From NCBI GenBank assembly GCA_963708025.1, contig CAVPSB010000012.1, forward strand, positions 1-64,000: a stretch of 64,000 nucleotides of DNA, in the 5' to 3' direction. The stretch is from an uncultured Candidatus Rokubacteria bacterium (GTDB lineage Bacteria; Methylomirabilota; Methylomirabilia; Rokubacteriales; DASRDR01). A program made the position numbers and the translations under genes. Positions 60,273-64,000 of the stretch are shown here, piece by piece. A model generated the notes under the pieces. That model was given only the letters and a program-made list of their open reading frames with translations. It did no database searches and was not told the DNA's origin. How positions within the stretch are numbered: the stretch's first letter is position 1; the number at the start of each line of letters is the position of its first letter.

Positions 60273-60818
60273 ATGGCGACCCGGATCGTCCTGACCTACG
60301 CGGACTATGCGGCGATCCCGAACAACGGGCGGCGCTACGAGCTGCACGAGGGGGAGCTATCCGTGACGCCAGCTCCGGGAACCAGGCACCAGCGAGTGGT
60401 CGGAGAGCTGTTCATCCTCCTCTCCCAACACGTCAGGGCTCGTGGCATGGGGCAGGTGTTCGTCTCTCCGATCGACTGCATTCTCAGCGACACCACGGTG
60501 GTGCAGCCGGATCTCGTCTACGTCGAGCAGTCGCGCCTCGACGCCATCAGCGAGCGCGGCATCGAGGGGCCGCCGACCCTGGTGGTGGAGGTGCTCTCAC
60601 CCTCGACAATCCTGATCGATCGGAGCGTCAAGGGGCAGCTCTACGCGAGGCACCGGGTCCCGTACTACTGGATCGTCGACGCGGAGGCGCGGACCGTCGA
60701 GGCGTTCGAGCTGGCCGGCGCCGGCTATCGGCCGGCCGGCGGGCTCGAGGGAAAGCGATCGGCTGCCCTGCCGCCGCTTCCCGATCTGACCCTCGATCCC
60801 TCGGCCGTCTGGCCCTGA
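60273..60818 (+). CDS. Uma2/DUF820 PD-(D/E)XK family endonuclease-like protein
   Basis: RYELHEG, VQPD, VVEVLSPST and YWIVD. Confidence 0.92.
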   Translation: MATRIVLTYADYAAIPNNGRRYELHEGELSVTPAPGTRHQRVVGELFILLSQHVRARGMGQVFVSPIDCILSDTTVVQPDLVYVEQSRLDAISERGIEGPPTLVVEVLSPSTILIDRSVKGQLYARHRVPYYWIVDAEARTVEAFELAGAGYRPAGGLEGKRSAALPPLPDLTLDPSAVWP

Positions 60819-61667
60819 TGCGCCCACACTTCGCCTATCACCGCCCGTCGAGCGTCGAGGAGGCCTGCCGGCTCCTCGCCCGCGAGCCGGAGGCGGCGGT
60901 GCTGGCGGGGGGCACCGACCTGATGGTCCACCTGGGCCAGGCCTGGCGCGGCCGGCGGCCACCGGCCGTCGTGAACGTCAAGCGCATCCCCGGGCTCGAC
61001 GCGATCGGCGTTACCGACAGCGTCGTCCGGCTGGGCGCGCTCACCAGCTTGACGGCCCTGATCGAGCACGCCGTCATCCGGCGCGAGTACCCCGTGCTCC
61101 CGTTCACCGCCCGCTACATGGGCTCGCCGGCCATCCGGAACCTCGCCACCGTCGGCGGCAACCTCTGCAACGGCTCGCCGGCCGCCGACCTGCCGCCGGT
61201 GCTCCTGGCCCTCGACGCCGAGGTCGGCATCGCCGGCCCGGACGGGGAGCGGCGGCTGCCGTTGGAGGCGTTCTTCCGGGGACCGGGGCATACCGCGCTC
61301 CGGGCCGGTGAGCTGCTCACGTGGGTCGAGTTCCCCCGGCGGCGGCCCCCGTGGCCGATCCGCTACGAGCGCCTCGACGTCCGGCGGGCGATGGACATCG
61401 CGATCGCCGGCGCGGCGCTCTCGATCCGCCGCGACGGCGGGGGGGTCGGCGAGGCCCGCGTGGCGCTCGGCGCCGTCGCCCCGACGCCCCTCCGGGCGCG
61501 CGAGGCGGAGGCCGTGCTGGTGGCCGAAGGGTTGACGGCTGCCGCCATCGAGCGGGCCGCCGAGCGGGCTATGGCGGCGGCCCGGCCGATCAGCGACGTC
61601 CGGGCCAGCGCCGAGTACCGGTGGGAGATGGTCGGGACGCTCGTCCGGCGCGGCCTCGAGGCGCTCC

Positions 61668-61678
<11 letters not shown>
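60818..61678 (+). CDS. Xanthine dehydrogenase-family FAD subunit (CoxM-like)
   Basis: AGGTDL and IRNLATVGGNLCN. Confidence 0.92.
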
Positions 61679-62174
<496 letters not shown>

Positions 62175-62204
<30 letters not shown>

Positions 62205-62480
62205 TGAGGATGACGAGGACGACGCGGACGACGCGGAACGTCGGCCCCCAGGTGGGGGGGGCCAGGGGGGACCACCGGAAGGGCGGGACGCACGCGAGGC
62301 CGCAGGCCGAGCGCGTCCCGGTGATCGGCTGGTTGGGACTCCCCCCCTGCCGGAGATGCGGGCGGCGCTGGCCGGCCGGGCATGACGAGGATGACGCGGA
62401 CGACGCGGAACGTCGGCCCCCAGGTGGGGGGGTCCAGGGGGGAGTGGTTGGGACTCCCCCCCTGACGGAAGTGCGGGCAC
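62175..62480 (+). repeat. Imperfect tandem duplication (copies start 181 bp apart) including the 3' end of the 2Fe-2S gene
   Basis: ATGCGGGCGGCGCTGGCCGGCCGGGCATGA at 62175 and 62356; shared GGAACGTCGGCCCCCAGG and TGGTTGGGACTCCCCCCC blocks. Confidence 0.85.
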
Positions 62481-62481
62481 C

Positions 62482-64000
62482 ATGAGCGGGACACCGGCCC
62501 GCACGAAGCCGTTCAGGGTCATCGGGACCCGGGTCCCCAAGCTCGACGCGGTCGAGAAGGTGACCGGCGCCGTCCGCTATCTGCCGGACCTCGAGGTCCC
62601 CGGCATGGTGTGGGGGAAGATCCTCCGCACCACCGTCCCGCACGCCCGCATCCGCCACATCGACACCCGCAAGGCGGAGGCACTCCCCGGCGTCCTGGGC
62701 GTCGTCACCGGCTACAACGTGGAGCAGCGCCCCTTCGGCTACGCCCGGGACCACCTGGCCCTCAAGCGGGACGTCGTCCGCTGCATCCGGGACGAGGTCG
62801 CGGCGGTGGCCGCCGAGACCGAGGAGATCGCGGCCGAGGCCTGCCGGCTCATCGACGTCGAGTACGAGGAGCTCCCGGCCGTCTTCGATCCCAGCGAGGC
62901 GCTCCAGCCCGGCGCGCCGCAGATCCACCCGCAGTTCCCCGGCAACCTGGTCAACTTCTCCTACCGGTTCCAGGCCGGCGACGTGGACCGCGCGCTTCGC
63001 GAGGCCGACGTCGTGGTGGAAGGCCGGTACACGCTTCGCTACGTCACCACCGCGTGCCTGGGCACGATGGCGGCGATCGCGGCCTGGGACCCGCGCGGCC
63101 AGCTCACGATGTGGTCGACGACCCAGATCCCGTTCCTCTACCAGCGCGACCTCGCCGAGGCCCTCGGCATCTCGGGCGACCGCATCCGGGTTCTCCAGCC
63201 CCCGGTCGGTGGGAACTTCGGCCGCGGCCTCGACCTCTATCCCATCGACATCATCGCCGCGCTCCTGGCCCGTCACGTCCAGCGACCCGTCAAGCTCGTC
63301 TTCGACCGCGAGGAGGAGTTCCTGGCCAGCCCGACCCGCGAGCCGTGCGTCTTCACCCTCCGCACGGCTGCCCGGGCCGACGGGACGCTCCTGGCCCGCG
63401 ACGCCCAGGTCGTCATCGACAACGGGGCGTATGTCTCGTGGGGGTCCACGACCCCCTACGTGATGCTCACCACGGCGGCCGGCTTCTACCGCTGCCCCAA
63501 CGTCCGATTCGACTCGACCATCGTCTACACCAACAACGTCTACTCCGGGTCGATGCGCGGCTACGGGAACCTCGAGTCCACCTTCGCCATCGAGGCCCAG
63601 ATGGACGACCTGGCCGAGCGCCTCGGCCTCGACCGGCTGGCGATCCGGAAGCGGAACGCCAACCGGCCGGGCGACGTCACGCCCCAGGGCCTCCGGATCA
63701 CGAGCTGCGCGCTGGCGGAGTGCTTCGACGCGGTCGAGCGCGACATCATGAAGCCTCTCGCGCGCCCGCCGCGACCGGGCTGGAAGCGGGGGATCGGCTA
63801 CGCCGGGATGTTCCACGTCGGCGGCGGCGCCCGCGTGTACCGCTCCGACGGCTGCGGCGCCATCGTGAAGCTCGACGACTTCGGCAAGGTGTCGCTGATC
63901 ACCGGCGCCAGCGAGATCGGCCAGGGCTCGGAGACGGTGCTGGCCATGATCGTCGCCGAAGAGCTGGGGATCCCGCTCGACCGGGTCCAGGTCCTCAACG
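62482..64000 (+). CDS. Xanthine dehydrogenase-family molybdopterin-binding subunit, 3'-partial
   Basis: Open to the window end; EKVTG, PHARI, STQIP, GGNFGRG, SMRGYG and EIGQGS. Confidence 0.92.
   Translation, partial: MSGTPARTKPFRVIGTRVPKLDAVEKVTGAVRYLPDLEVPGMVWGKILRTTVPHARIRHIDTRKAEALPGVLGVVTGYNVEQRPFGYARDHLALKRDVVRCIRDEVAAVAAETEEIAAEACRLIDVEYEELPAVFDPSEALQPGAPQIHPQFPGNLVNFSYRFQAGDVDRALREADVVVEGRYTLRYVTTACLGTMAAIAAWDPRGQLTMWSTTQIPFLYQRDLAEALGISGDRIRVLQPPVGGNFGRGLDLYPIDIIAALLARHVQRPVKLVFDREEEFLASPTREPCVFTLRTAARADGTLLARDAQVVIDNGAYVSWGSTTPYVMLTTAAGFYRCPNVRFDSTIVYTNNVYSGSMRGYGNLESTFAIEAQMDDLAERLGLDRLAIRKRNANRPGDVTPQGLRITSCALAECFDAVERDIMKPLARPPRPGWKRGIGYAGMFHVGGGARVYRSDGCGAIVKLDDFGKVSLITGASEIGQGSETVLAMIVAEELGIPLDRVQVLN

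Noticed and set aside
60273-60818. Uma2 nuclease-like gene as a restriction/defence system with nearby methyltransferases
   Set aside because: Uma2/DUF820 genes are common scattered singletons, and the nearby methyltransferases lack DNA methyltransferase catalytic motifs

Overview
A very GC-rich, gene-dense bacterial chromosomal segment. The gene content and repeat style are reminiscent of Ca. Rokubacteria/Methylomirabilota, but that assignment is only an inference. About 18 single-base frameshifts in otherwise intact genes point to uncorrected long-read indels. Most of the window is transport and catabolism: dipeptide ABC permeases, TctCBA, Liv-type ABC genes with hydantoinase A/B, and a 2-aminobenzoyl-CoA-type cluster whose monooxygenase is fused to a PPOX/F420-type domain. 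It also carries a TrpB2-led acyl-CoA operon with an atypical B12 mutase and a xanthine-dehydrogenase-family operon. Scattered among these are three VapBC-type toxin-antitoxin (TA) loci, orphan TA-like genes and several gene stubs. The best candidate for an undescribed system is a co-oriented six-gene cluster at 8437-14931. It encodes two large unknown proteins, a signal-peptide-less astacin zymogen, a catalytically intact caspase-family protease, a translationally coupled unknown partner and a signal-less YbaY-like protein. A second highlight is a set of nested palindromic dispersed repeats that sit at gene starts, supply Shine-Dalgarno (SD) sequences and are sometimes read in frame. Many genes also show a -10 box 6-7 nt before the start codon, suggesting leaderless mRNAs. 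No rRNA, tRNA, CRISPR-cas or transposase was recognised.
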